The notes below the pieces were generated by a model. That model made no database searches and was not told where the DNA came from. It saw only the letters and a program-made list of their open reading frames with translations. 64,000 bases of DNA from an uncultured Verrucomicrobiae bacterium (GTDB lineage: Bacteria; Verrucomicrobiota; Verrucomicrobiia; Palsa-1439), in the NCBI GenBank assembly GCA_963812605.1, contig CAWEWF010000003.1:1-64000 (forward strand), read 5' to 3'. The translations under genes and the position numbers were made by a program. This document shows, in pieces, positions 28,833-38,166 of the stretch. Position 1 is the first letter of the stretch. The number at the start of each line of letters is the position of its first letter.

Positions 28833-29693
28833 ATGCAGGACCTCATCAAAAAAGCGGACGTATTGCTGGAAGCGTTGCCTTACGTCCAACGCTTTCGTAG
28901 TTCGACTTTTGTCGTCAAATACGGCGGCAGTTTCATGGATTCGCCCGATCCGAAGGTGCGCGAGGGGGTCGCGGCGGACATCGTTTTCCTCGAAGCCATG
29001 GGTATTAACCCCGTGGTCGTTCACGGCGGCGGCAAAGCCATCACCAAGGCGATGGAGAAAGCCGGCATCAAGGCGCAGTTTATCCAGGGCCTGCGCGTGA
29101 CCGACCAGAAGTCCATGGACATTGTCGAGGATGTGCTGGGAAACGTGATCAATCGGGAAATTGTCGAGACGATCCAGAAATTGGGAGGCAAAGCGCGCAG
29201 TGTTTCGGGCAAAGACGTGTTTACGTGCCGCAAGCTGCTGACGGGCGGCGTGGACCTCGGTTATGTCGGCGAAGTCACCGCGGTCGTGGTGGACAAGATT
29301 CGCCGGTCGATGCATTCGCAAGTGGTCCCGATCATCAGCCCCATCGGCCTGGGGGAGGACGGCCATGCGTACAACATCAATGCCGACGTGGCCGCGGCCA
29401 AATTGGCGATGGCGCTCGGGGCGCGCCGGCTCGTCTTCATGAGCGACGTGCCCGGTTTGATGCGCGATCCGAACGATCCCGCCACGCTGATTTCCAGCCT
29501 TCACGTGCCGGAGGTGCTCGGTCTGAAACGCGACGGCGTCATCGACAAGGGGATGATCCCGAAGGTGGACAGCGCCGTGGAAGCCGTGCAAGCTGGCGTG
29601 CGTCGCGTGCACTTCGTCGATGGCCGCATCCCGCATTCCATCTTGCTGGAGATTTTCACCGACAAAGGGATTGGCACTGAGATTGTGAAATGA
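28833..29693 (+). CDS. argB: Acetylglutamate kinase
   Basis: VKYGG, VVVHGGG, GLRVTD, NINAD, GMIPKV, LLEIFTDKGIGT. Confidence 0.97.
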   Translation: MQDLIKKADVLLEALPYVQRFRSSTFVVKYGGSFMDSPDPKVREGVAADIVFLEAMGINPVVVHGGGKAITKAMEKAGIKAQFIQGLRVTDQKSMDIVEDVLGNVINREIVETIQKLGGKARSVSGKDVFTCRKLLTGGVDLGYVGEVTAVVVDKIRRSMHSQVVPIISPIGLGEDGHAYNINADVAAAKLAMALGARRLVFMSDVPGLMRDPNDPATLISSLHVPEVLGLKRDGVIDKGMIPKVDSAVEAVQAGVRRVHFVDGRIPHSILLEIFTDKGIGTEIVK

Positions 29694-29748
29694 CACGCAA
29701 CAACATCCGGGTATTGTTGCGTGTCATCCTGAGCGAAGCGAAGGATCT
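29691..29748. repeat. Hairpin TGACACGCAACAA...TTGTTGCGTGTCA fused to the palindromic repeat GTCATCCTGAGCGAAGCGAAGGATCT
   Basis: Read directly after the argB stop. Confidence 0.6.
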
Positions 29749-29772
29749 GGCCTGAATGCGGGCCGGACGACT

Positions 29773-30852
29773 TTGACTACATCAGCAATACCACCGGGCT
29801 CTTCCGTCCCCTCGCGCCTGCTCGCGCTGGACTGGCTGCGCGGCGTGGCGGTGCTGGTGATGGCCGAGTGCCACGTCTTCAATGCGGTCCTAGCGCCGCG
29901 TTATCGCGAAGCTGGATGGTTCGTTTTCCTGAATTGGCTCAACGGCTTTGTCGCGCCGGCGTTCCTGATGGTCAGTGGCGGCGTGATCGGCATCAACCTG
30001 CAAAAGCGCTGGCAGGACGTGCTGACATTTGGTAAAGGCTGGCGTCGGCTGTGGCGGCGCATCGGGCAGATCTTCATCGTGGCCTATCTGTTGCACCTGC
30101 CGACGCCATTCCTGTGGCAATTCTTCGGACCGAACGGCCCGCATCTCGTCGCGTTGTGGACGAAGATGGACATCTTGCAGTGCGTGGCGGGATCGCTCTC
30201 ATTGATTCTCCTGCTCGCAGTGCCGGTGCGCAACGCGCGCGCGCATCGACTCGTCTGTGCCGCGCTCGGCATCGCCGCTGTGGCCAGTCTGGGCCTTGTC
30301 GCCAATTGGGCCGAGGGTTCGACGCTGCCCCGTCCCTTGCTAGGCTATTTATGGCCGACCGGGGTCGGGTTGTTTCCGCTCGTACCGTGGGCCTCGTTCC
30401 CGCTTCTGGGCGTGTGGCTCGGCCCTGCGATCTTCTCAGCGGCGAAGACTTCGCAGCAAAGTATGCGGGCTGCGATGGCAGGCGTTGTATTTCTACTGGT
30501 GGCGCGATTCGCTCCGTCGAATGGCTGGTATGATGGAGTCTTTGTCTTCAGCCGATTGGGGTGGGTGCTATTTGGATTGGCTGCCTGCTGCTGGCTCGGC
30601 GAGCCCATACGCGGAACGCGCTGGATTCTGGAATTCGGACAACTCTCCCTGTGGTCGTACACGGTGCATCTGATCCTTGTGTACGGATCGGGCCTGAGTT
30701 TCGGTGTGGACGCCTTGCGCACGTATAAAATCCCGCCGTTCCGTGAAGGCTTCCCGCCTTGGGCCGCGCTCATCTGCCTTGCCATCGTACTATCGATCAC
30801 GGCCTGGGTGGTGCGCTGGCGCGCAAAATCCTTGCAGCGGAAAACGAAGTAG
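29773..30852 (+). CDS. DUF1624/acyltransferase-3-like multi-pass membrane protein
   Basis: RLLALDWLRGVAVLVMAECH, APAFLMVSG, FPLVPW, GQLSLWSY.VHL. Confidence 0.85.
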   Translation: MTTSAIPPGSSVPSRLLALDWLRGVAVLVMAECHVFNAVLAPRYREAGWFVFLNWLNGFVAPAFLMVSGGVIGINLQKRWQDVLTFGKGWRRLWRRIGQIFIVAYLLHLPTPFLWQFFGPNGPHLVALWTKMDILQCVAGSLSLILLLAVPVRNARAHRLVCAALGIAAVASLGLVANWAEGSTLPRPLLGYLWPTGVGLFPLVPWASFPLLGVWLGPAIFSAAKTSQQSMRAAMAGVVFLLVARFAPSNGWYDGVFVFSRLGWVLFGLAACCWLGEPIRGTRWILEFGQLSLWSYTVHLILVYGSGLSFGVDALRTYKIPPFREGFPPWAALICLAIVLSITAWVVRWRAKSLQRKTK

Positions 30853-30920
30853 GAAACCTCGGGCAAAGACCCTTTTGCCAAGCTTGCTAGTGACGGGGAA
30901 TTCGGGTATCCTAAAGTTCT

Positions 30921-31172
30921 ATGAAGCTGCGATTGTTGGTCGAACTCGATCCCCTGAGTAAACGGTGGTCGGCGGTGTTTCCTGAGCTACCTGGCTGTGC
31001 TTCCGCTGGCGATACGGAAGAAGAAGCGGTGCGCAATGCCAAGGAGGCGCTGGAACTATGGTTTGAACCTTCCGATATCAAACCTCCCAAGGGTGCGAAA
31101 CTTCTCGAAGTGTCGCTTCCGCGAGCCCACACTTTCCCGTTTTGGGCGCGAAGGAAGTTGTTAGAGTATTGA
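30921..31172 (+). CDS. hicB: HicB-family antitoxin (reads past the expected stop at 31122)
   Basis: PELPGCASAGDTEEEAVRNAKEALEL. Confidence 0.85.
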   Translation: MKLRLLVELDPLSKRWSAVFPELPGCASAGDTEEEAVRNAKEALELWFEPSDIKPPKGAKLLEVSLPRAHTFPFWARRKLLEY

Positions 31173-31339
31173 AACAAAACGGGTTTGTACTGACGGGTCA
31201 AAAGGGCAGTCATCAGAAGTGGCGGCATGCGAATGGCCGGCAAGTGATTGTCGCGGTGCATGGAAACAAATCGATCCCGATCGGAACTCTCAAAAGTATC
31301 ATCGAAGGCAGTGGCCTTGATGTTGATGACTTCCGGTAA
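31121..31339 (+). CDS. hicA: HicA-family toxin (expected GTG start at 31121 reads GCG; TTG at 31142 is an alternative)
   Basis: LKQNGFVLTGQKGSHQKW..VIVAVHG..IPIGTLKSII. Confidence 0.8.
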   Translation, partial: ASPHFPVLGAKEVVRVLKQNGFVLTGQKGSHQKWRHANGRQVIVAVHGNKSIPIGTLKSIIEGSGLDVDDFR

Positions 31340-31589
31340 GTAAGCCGACCCGTTTTTAGGGCCGCACGGAACGAGACCCGGGCTCGCACAACAAAGGCCT
31401 CATCAAAAGTATTGGCTGACGGCGGCAGATTTGCTATCAATCAGGGGTGAGCGGTTACGACGTGTCCAAGTGCTGAGTTTGAGGTCATCGTCTCAGGGCG
31501 TCAGGCCAGGCTGATAAAGCCGATAATCCCGATAATCGGGAGCGCCAACCTCCGTGTCGAACCGCTCACTTTATTTTGGAGAGTTGCCA

Positions 31590-32789
31590 ATGACCAGTGC
31601 AGAGATTGTCTCGCTGTTTGACCGCTATGTGGTGCCGAGCTATGCGCGCTATCCGCTCGTGTTTGTGCGCGGCAAAGGCGCGCGGGTTTGGGATGCCGAC
31701 GGGAAGGAGTACCTCGATTTCGGCGGCGGCATCGCGGTGAACCTCCTCGGTCACTCGGCGATGGCGGAGATCCTGGCGAAACAAGCCAGCGTTCTCGTGC
31801 ACGCCTCCAACCTTTATTACACCGAGCTGCAGGGACGCCTCGCGAAGCGTCTCGTCGAGTTGGTGGGCGTCGAGGGGAAATGTTTTTTCTGCAACAGCGG
31901 CGCGGAAGCGAATGAGACGCTTTTCAAACTGGCGCGCAAATTTGGCAACGAGAGCGGTTCGCGTTACGAGATTTTGACGTTCCAGAACAGCTTTCACGGT
32001 CGCACGCTCGCGGGGATCAGCGCGACGGGGCAGGAGAAAGTGAAGCACGGTTTCGAGCCGCCCGTGGATGGGTTTCGTCACGTTCCGTTCAACGATCTCG
32101 ATGCGGTGGCGAAAGCGGTCGGACCAAAGACCGTGGCGATTCTGCTCGAACCAATCCAGGGTGAAAGCGGGATTCGACCGGCCACGGCGGAGTTCTTGCG
32201 CGGGCTGCGCCGGCTCTGCGACGAGCGCAAGCTCTTGCTGATGTTTGACGAAGTGCAGTGTGGACTGGGACGGACGGGAGATTTTTGCGGGTTCCGCTCC
32301 ATCGCGTCCGATGTCCAACCCGATGCGATCTCGTGGGCAAAGGGCTTGGGCGGCGGATTTCCCATCGCCGCGGTTTGGATCCGCGGGCCGTACGCGGACG
32401 TGCTGGGCCCGGGCACACACGGTACGACGTTTGGCGGCACGCCATTGGCCTGCTCGGTGGCGCTCGCGGTGCTCGACACCCTCGAACGCGACGATTTATT
32501 GCGCAATGCGCGCGAGGTCGGCCAGTATTTCATTGGCAAATTGCAGGCATTGGCGGCAAAATGCCCGGTCATTCGCGAAGTGCGGGGGCTGGGCTTGATG
32601 ATTGGAATCGACCTGACGCTGGAATCGCGACCGGCGGTGCTGAAACTTGCCGAGCACGGATTGATCGGCATCGCGGCCGGCACGAACATCGTTCGTTTCC
32701 TGCCGCCGTTGAATATCACGCGCGCGGAAGTGGATGAAGCGGTTGAGAAGATAAGTCGGGCATTCGGTACGGACGAAAACAAACACTGA
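31590..32789 (+). CDS. argD: Acetylornithine aminotransferase
   Basis: NSGAEANE, SFHGRT, EPIQGESG, DEVQCGLGRTG, AKGLGGG, HGTTFGG; within the arg cluster. Confidence 0.95.
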   Translation: MTSAEIVSLFDRYVVPSYARYPLVFVRGKGARVWDADGKEYLDFGGGIAVNLLGHSAMAEILAKQASVLVHASNLYYTELQGRLAKRLVELVGVEGKCFFCNSGAEANETLFKLARKFGNESGSRYEILTFQNSFHGRTLAGISATGQEKVKHGFEPPVDGFRHVPFNDLDAVAKAVGPKTVAILLEPIQGESGIRPATAEFLRGLRRLCDERKLLLMFDEVQCGLGRTGDFCGFRSIASDVQPDAISWAKGLGGGFPIAAVWIRGPYADVLGPGTHGTTFGGTPLACSVALAVLDTLERDDLLRNAREVGQYFIGKLQALAAKCPVIREVRGLGLMIGIDLTLESRPAVLKLAEHGLIGIAAGTNIVRFLPPLNITRAEVDEAVEKISRAFGTDENKH

Positions 32790-32800
32790 GATAATATAAA

Positions 32801-33118
32801 ATGGATGGCAAGGTCGGCAAATGTTTGGAGACGGTGGATGTCGAGCGGGTGTTGCCCATCGACACGGCGCAGGAAAAACGATTGCGTTTCGCGTGGGAAC
32901 AAAAGCCGTCGGAACATTTTTTGATGATGTGGAACCAGTACATGGAGCCCAACAGCATGTTCCTCGAAGATGTCACTGATGAAGATATCACGGTCACGGT
33001 ACGCTGGGCATTGATGAAGGAAACGCCCGAACAAATCGCCGCGCGCATCAATCGCTGGTTGGCGCAGATCGAAGAGGGGAAATACCGGCAAAGCGGGATC
33101 AGCGGACGGCACCTGTAA
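32801..33118 (+). CDS. Hypothetical protein inside the arg operon
   Basis: Fills the argD-argF gap, co-oriented, coding-like codons. Confidence 0.7.
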   Translation: MDGKVGKCLETVDVERVLPIDTAQEKRLRFAWEQKPSEHFLMMWNQYMEPNSMFLEDVTDEDITVTVRWALMKETPEQIAARINRWLAQIEEGKYRQSGISGRHL

Positions 33119-33141
33119 CAAGTTCGGCAGCCCGGCGAAAC

Positions 33142-34047
33142 ATGAAACATTTACTGACAGTGGAGCAACTCAGCGGCCGTGAGATTGCGGAGATCTTCAA
33201 GCTGGCGCGGGAATTCAAGAAGGGCCGCGGCAAGGCGAAACAGAAGCAGCCGCTCAAGGGCCAGACCTGGGCGTTGATCTTCAACAAGTCCAGCACGCGC
33301 ACGCGGGTCAGCTTTGAGGTCGGCATTCGCGAATTGGGCGGCTCTTCGCTGTATCTTTCGACCAACGATATCCAGATGGGTCGCGGTGAAACCGTGGCCG
33401 ACACGGCCCGCGTGCTATCGCGCTACATTCACGGCGTCGTCATCCGCACCTACGCGCAGAGCGACGTCGAAGAATTTGCCGAGGCGGGATCGATCCCGGT
33501 CATCAACGCGCTCACGGACGACGAACATCCCTGCCAGATTCTCGCGGACCTTTTCACCGTCGTGGAAAAGGCTGGCGCGTTAGCGGGCAAGAAGGTCGTG
33601 TTCCTCGGGGACGGCGCGTGCAATGTCTGCAATTCGTGGCTCTTCGGCGCGGCAAAGACGGGCATGGAAATCTGGGTGGCGGCGCCCAAACAGTTCCAAC
33701 CGAGCAAAGAGTGGGTGAAGCGTGCCGGCGGCAACATTCACGTCACCGAAGACGTTGGCATGGCCGCCAAGAACGCCGACGTGCTTTATACCGACGTGTG
33801 GGTTTCGATGGGCAAGGAAGCCGAGGCGGCGGACCGTATCAAGATTCTTGCGCCGTACCAGGTGAATGCGGCGGTGCTCAAACAGGCCAGACCCGGCGCG
33901 CTCGTGATGCACTGCCTGCCGGCGTATGTCGGCAAGGAGATCACGGCGGACGTTTTTCAAGCGCACCAGAAGACAATCTTTGACCAGGCGGAGAACCGGC
34001 TGCACGTGCAGAAGGCGATCATTACATTGCTGGCCGGTAAACTGTAG
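33142..34047 (+). CDS. argF: Ornithine carbamoyltransferase
   Basis: SSTRTRVSFE, HPCQ, TDVWVSMG, HCLP, DQAENRLH. Confidence 0.97.
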   Translation: MKHLLTVEQLSGREIAEIFKLAREFKKGRGKAKQKQPLKGQTWALIFNKSSTRTRVSFEVGIRELGGSSLYLSTNDIQMGRGETVADTARVLSRYIHGVVIRTYAQSDVEEFAEAGSIPVINALTDDEHPCQILADLFTVVEKAGALAGKKVVFLGDGACNVCNSWLFGAAKTGMEIWVAAPKQFQPSKEWVKRAGGNIHVTEDVGMAAKNADVLYTDVWVSMGKEAEAADRIKILAPYQVNAAVLKQARPGALVMHCLPAYVGKEITADVFQAHQKTIFDQAENRLHVQKAIITLLAGKL

Positions 34048-34098
34048 CCGCGAACCTTGTTTGCGGTTTCGCGGGCCGCGAAGACGCTTCGCGGCTAC
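34044..34098. repeat. GTAG-type inverted REP pair (GTAGCCGCGAA...TTCGCGGCTAC) overlapping the argF stop
   Basis: Read directly. Confidence 0.7.
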
Positions 34099-34117
34099 AC
34101 AAAGTACGAATCCATCA

Positions 34118-35011
34118 ATGAACCACACCCGCCTCCAGCGCAGCGTTCGGGCCACGATGGCGGGGCTTACCGTGAACGTGGCGCTGGCCATCGTCAAACT
34201 GCTGGCGGGAATCTTCGGCCGGTCGTACGCCTTGATTGCCGACGCCATCGAATCCATGGCGGATGCGGCCAGTTCGATCATCGTGTGGCGCGCCGTGGTC
34301 ATTGCTGAAAAGCCGGCGGATCGGGACCACCCCTACGGCCATGGCAAAGCCGAGGCGATCGCCACCGCGGCGGCATCGGTGATGCTGCTGGGCGCGGCGC
34401 TGTTCATTTGTTCGCGTTCCGCGAGAGAAATCGCGATACCGCATCGCGCGCCGGCACCCTACACCCTGTTCGTCCTGCTCGCCGTCGTTTTGATCAAGGA
34501 GGGGCTTTTCCGTTTCGTAGGGCGGGTGGGTGAAGAAATCGAAAGCGGCGCGGTGAAGGCGGATGCGTGGCATCACCGCAGCGACGCGATTACTTCCGCC
34601 GCGGCGGCCCTTGGCATCAGCATCTCGCTAGTGGGCGGCGAAGCGTACCGGGCCGCGGACGATTGGGCGGCGATTTTTGCGGCGGTCATCATCGCCTTCA
34701 ATGGCTATCGGTTGTTGCGCCCGGCGCTCGACGAGTTGATGGACGCCGCCCCGAAGGAGGACATTGCCGGTTTGGCCCGCACGATTGCCCTGCAGGTGGA
34801 TGGCGTGCGGGGTGTTGAGAAATGCTTCGCGCGCAAGATGGGTTACGGCTACTGGCTCGACATGCACGTCGAAGTGGACGGCGGGCTGACCGTGGCGGTG
34901 GCGCATGAGTTGTCGCACACCGTGAAGGATGCAATTCGCGCCAAGGTGCCCCGCGTTCTCGACGTGACGATTCATATTGAACCGCACGCGCATCCTGTAG
35001 TATCAGATTGA
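34118..35011 (+). CDS. Cation diffusion facilitator (FieF-like) transporter
   Basis: ALIADAIES.AD, HPYGHGKAE, ADAWHHRSD, HVEVD, IHIEP. Confidence 0.93.
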   Translation: MNHTRLQRSVRATMAGLTVNVALAIVKLLAGIFGRSYALIADAIESMADAASSIIVWRAVVIAEKPADRDHPYGHGKAEAIATAAASVMLLGAALFICSRSAREIAIPHRAPAPYTLFVLLAVVLIKEGLFRFVGRVGEEIESGAVKADAWHHRSDAITSAAAALGISISLVGGEAYRAADDWAAIFAAVIIAFNGYRLLRPALDELMDAAPKEDIAGLARTIALQVDGVRGVEKCFARKMGYGYWLDMHVEVDGGLTVAVAHELSHTVKDAIRAKVPRVLDVTIHIEPHAHPVVSD

Positions 35012-35016
35012 TCGCC

Positions 35017-35418
35017 GTGAAGTGCGCTCGATTCAATCTGGTTGTTGTCGTGACGTTGCTGGCCGCCTTTTTGCTGGTGCAGGCCGATCTTCCCATTTCC
35101 CAAGCGGTGGCCCTTCGTCCTTCCGCGTCGCGTCCCTGCTGCTGTTCCCTCGAAGCGCAGGAACATGGCGCATGCTGCTGTTGCGCCAAAGCAGCGCAAT
35201 CGAAATCCGGCTGCTCATTGCGGGCCTCTCGCTGTGGCGAAAACCGCGCGAATGACAACACGATCATTGTTGTGAAGTTCCAAGTCGTATTGCCGGTCCG
35301 GCCCGTCGCGCATTTGGACGATATCGCGCCCAAGCGGATACCGCCGACCGCCGCCGCCGCCAGTGCGCGCCCCGCCGAGCCGCCTGTCCCGCCTCCCCGA
35401 CCTCTCATTCCCGCCTAA
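35017..35418 (+). CDS. Cys-rich signal-anchored small protein ending PPVPPPRPLIPA (DUF2946/CruR-like leader candidate)
   Basis: Hydrophobic N-terminus, CCC and CCCC clusters, Pro-rich C-terminus, upstream of a barrel gene; start could be 35008 or 35017. Confidence 0.6.
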   Translation: MKCARFNLVVVVTLLAAFLLVQADLPISQAVALRPSASRPCCCSLEAQEHGACCCCAKAAQSKSGCSLRASRCGENRANDNTIIVVKFQVVLPVRPVAHLDDIAPKRIPPTAAAASARPAEPPVPPPRPLIPA

Positions 35419-35528
35419 GCGCAGGAAACCGGACAGGCCTTTGGTCTGTCCCCGGTAAATTCACTAACAAAAAAAGCAAAGATGCAAGAGCCGCTTCGTG
35501 CGGCCCCGGTGACTTTAGGATACTCAAG

Positions 35529-36497
35529 ATGACTAATACAAAAACAAGATTTACAGCATTCGGCCGGCGTTTAGCGCTGGGCCTGGCGGCGCTGTTGATG
35601 GTAGCCTTGGCGCCCAGCATTGGTTGGGCTTGCGCCTGTGGCTGCGGCGTTTTCGACGTGGGGACGGGCTTGATGCTTCCTGACGGCGCGGGTGGGATGG
35701 TCTATGTCGATTACGACTATCAGGATCAGAATCACAACTGGAGCGGGACCTCCTCGGCGCCCAATGCGAATAATACCGACAAGGAAATCCGGACCCACTT
35801 CGTTACGGTCGGTCTCCAGTATATGTTCGACCGCAGTTGGGGGATTCAGGTCGAGGTGCCGTATGACGAGCGATACTTCAAGACGACCGGCGGCGCTTCC
35901 GGCACTGACATCGTCGCGCTGAACTGGGCCAGTCTCGGCGACATCCGAGTCGAAGGCATTTACACGGGGTTTTCACCGGATATGTCGACTGGCCTAAACT
36001 TCGGTTTCAAACTGCCTACGGGCGATTACACGCATAATGATGCGTTTGGGGACATCGATCGCGACACGGAACTCGGGAGCGGCAGCACCGATGTTCTTCT
36101 CGGCGGTTTCCATCGCGGGAATCTGCCGGGCAACAATGGCTTTACTTGGTTTGCGCAGGCGTTGTTGGATCTGCCCGTGGTTACGCGAAATGACTACCGT
36201 CCAGGCATTGAAGTCGATGCGGCTGCCGGGGTCTACTACAAAGGTTGGTTTCTCCGCGCAGTGAAGATCACGCCGGTGGCACAGGTAATCGGCTCCGAAC
36301 GGACCAGTGATGAAGGAGCCAATGCGAATCACCCGAACTCCGGCTACCAGCGGGTTATGCTCTCTCCCGGGATCGAGTTCGACATGCATCCCGTGAGCTT
36401 TTACGCGGATGTCGAAGTGCCCGTGTTCCAGGACTTCCGTGGCAATCAAGTGGTGGCGCCCTGGCTTATTAAGGCGTCCGTGAGCTATCACTTCTAG
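35529..36497 (+). CDS. Outer-membrane beta-barrel 'transporter' with N-terminal CACGC metal-binding motif
   Basis: Signal peptide ..GWA/CACGC; LGDI, GFKLPTG, LGSGSTD motifs; C-terminal SYHF. Confidence 0.8.
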   Translation: MTNTKTRFTAFGRRLALGLAALLMVALAPSIGWACACGCGVFDVGTGLMLPDGAGGMVYVDYDYQDQNHNWSGTSSAPNANNTDKEIRTHFVTVGLQYMFDRSWGIQVEVPYDERYFKTTGGASGTDIVALNWASLGDIRVEGIYTGFSPDMSTGLNFGFKLPTGDYTHNDAFGDIDRDTELGSGSTDVLLGGFHRGNLPGNNGFTWFAQALLDLPVVTRNDYRPGIEVDAAAGVYYKGWFLRAVKITPVAQVIGSERTSDEGANANHPNSGYQRVMLSPGIEFDMHPVSFYADVEVPVFQDFRGNQVVAPWLIKASVSYHF

Positions 36498-36564
36498 GCG
36501 CACTGCACTGGCTTAAACGACATGGAGGTTTTGGATCGATCCCTCAAATCTCGCGGTAAGACTT

Positions 36565-37149
36565 TTAAAATGCCCAGAGACAAATTCCCGCCACGGCAAT
36601 CGCCGCGCCAGCCCAGCGTACGACCGGCAGTTTCACGGAGTGCGAGACGTACGCCAGCCCGATACCGCTTGCGTGCAGCAATAGGGTCGCCAGCGCGAAG
36701 CCCGTGCCATACGCGTAGCCAATCGCGTTGGCCGGCATCTCCATGCCGTGGGAGTGACCGTGAAAAAATGCGAACAGACCCACCATCGCCATGCTCGCCG
36801 GCAGCGGAAACCGCGCGGCCACGGCAATCAGAATTCCGAGCACCAACACGGAAACCAAAATCCCCTCTTCCGTAAACGGCACACGCAATCCGGCCATGGC
36901 TAGCGCTCCGCCGAGCATCATCACGCCGACGAAACTCGCCGGGACCAGCCAGCGCGCCCGGCCGCCGAGTTGCCCGGCCCACAAGCCGACGGCCACCATT
37001 GCCAAAATATGATCGAGCCCGTGCAAGGGATGCGCGAAACCGCTGCCAAATCCATGAACGTCATTGGGCAAGATGTGGGCCTGGGCGCCCACACTGGTGA
37101 GCAGGAGCAAAACCGCGGAAATCAGCAGAGATCGCGATAGCGTCTTCAT
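36565..37149 (-). CDS. HupE/UreJ-family Ni/Co transporter
   Basis: AQAH, GFAHPLHGLDHILAMVAVGLW, FAFFHGHSHGME. Confidence 0.93.
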   Translation of the reverse strand: MKTLSRSLLISAVLLLLTSVGAQAHILPNDVHGFGSGFAHPLHGLDHILAMVAVGLWAGQLGGRARWLVPASFVGVMMLGGALAMAGLRVPFTEEGILVSVLVLGILIAVAARFPLPASMAMVGLFAFFHGHSHGMEMPANAIGYAYGTGFALATLLLHASGIGLAYVSHSVKLPVVRWAGAAIAVAGICLWAF

Positions 37150-37284
37150 CGGACGACTCTATTTGCCACGCGCCGGCGCGTCAAGATTTGCGGCGCGGTC
37201 GTTTTCCTAATTCGAACTAGGATATTTTCCACCTTGGCAGAGCAAACTTGCCTCGGCTGGCGTCGCCCGGCATAATCGGCGCGG

Positions 37285-38166
37285 ATGAGTGTTAGCTTGG
37301 AGGAATCGTACGCGCGGTGCCGACGGATTGCGCGACAGACGGGGAAGAATTTTTATTATTCCTTCCTGGTCATGCCGCGCGAGAAGCGGGCGTCGATGTG
37401 CGCTATTTACGCCTTCATGCGCCGCAGTGATGACATCGCCGACAGCACCGCCAATCCCGCGGTGGCGTTGGAAGCGCTGCGCCAGTGGCGCGGCCAGGTG
37501 GACGCGGCGCTGAACGGCAAGGAACCACAGGCAGGGACGCCTGTGCCACCAGAGCTGGCGATCCTGCCCGCGCTGGTGGACACGGTGCGTGTGTACAAGA
37601 TTCCCCAGCGCCATTTTCACGAACTGCTCGATGGCACCGAGATGGACCAAACGACCGTGCGCTACGCAACGTTTGACGATCTGTACAAATACTGCTACCG
37701 GGTCGCATCGGCAGTGGGGCTGGTGGTGTTGCCCATCTTCGGTTTCCGGGACAAGGCCGCGCTGGCGCCGGCGGAAGCGTGCGGGATTGCCTTTCAACTC
37801 ACGAACATCCTCCGTGACGTGAAAGAGGACGCGCAGATGGGGCGGATTTACCTGCCGCTGGAAGATTTGCGGAAGTTCGGTGTTTCCGAGGACGACATCC
37901 TGAACGCCCGCGCCACGCCGCAGTTTTTGGAATTGATGAAGTCCGAAGCCGGCCGCGCGCATGAGTTCTACAAAAAGGCAGAACCGCTGCTTGACATGAT
38001 CGACGCCGACAGCCGGGGAACGCTGGCGGTGATGATGGCGATCTACGGCGGCATTCTGCGGAAGATTGAACAAAGCAATTTCGCCGTGTTCGACGGACGG
38101 ATGCGGTTGAGCGCCGCCGAGAAATTGTGGATTGTCGGCAAACACTGGATGGGACATCGACGATGA
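37285..38166 (+). CDS. hpnD: Presqualene diphosphate/phytoene synthase family (HpnD-like)
   Basis: NFYYSF, YAFMRRSDDIAD, YCYRVASAVG, QLTNILRDVKED, GRIYLP; hopanoid genes nearby. Confidence 0.75.
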   Translation: MSVSLEESYARCRRIARQTGKNFYYSFLVMPREKRASMCAIYAFMRRSDDIADSTANPAVALEALRQWRGQVDAALNGKEPQAGTPVPPELAILPALVDTVRVYKIPQRHFHELLDGTEMDQTTVRYATFDDLYKYCYRVASAVGLVVLPIFGFRDKAALAPAEACGIAFQLTNILRDVKEDAQMGRIYLPLEDLRKFGVSEDDILNARATPQFLELMKSEAGRAHEFYKKAEPLLDMIDADSRGTLAVMMAIYGGILRKIEQSNFAVFDGRMRLSAAEKLWIVGKHWMGHRR

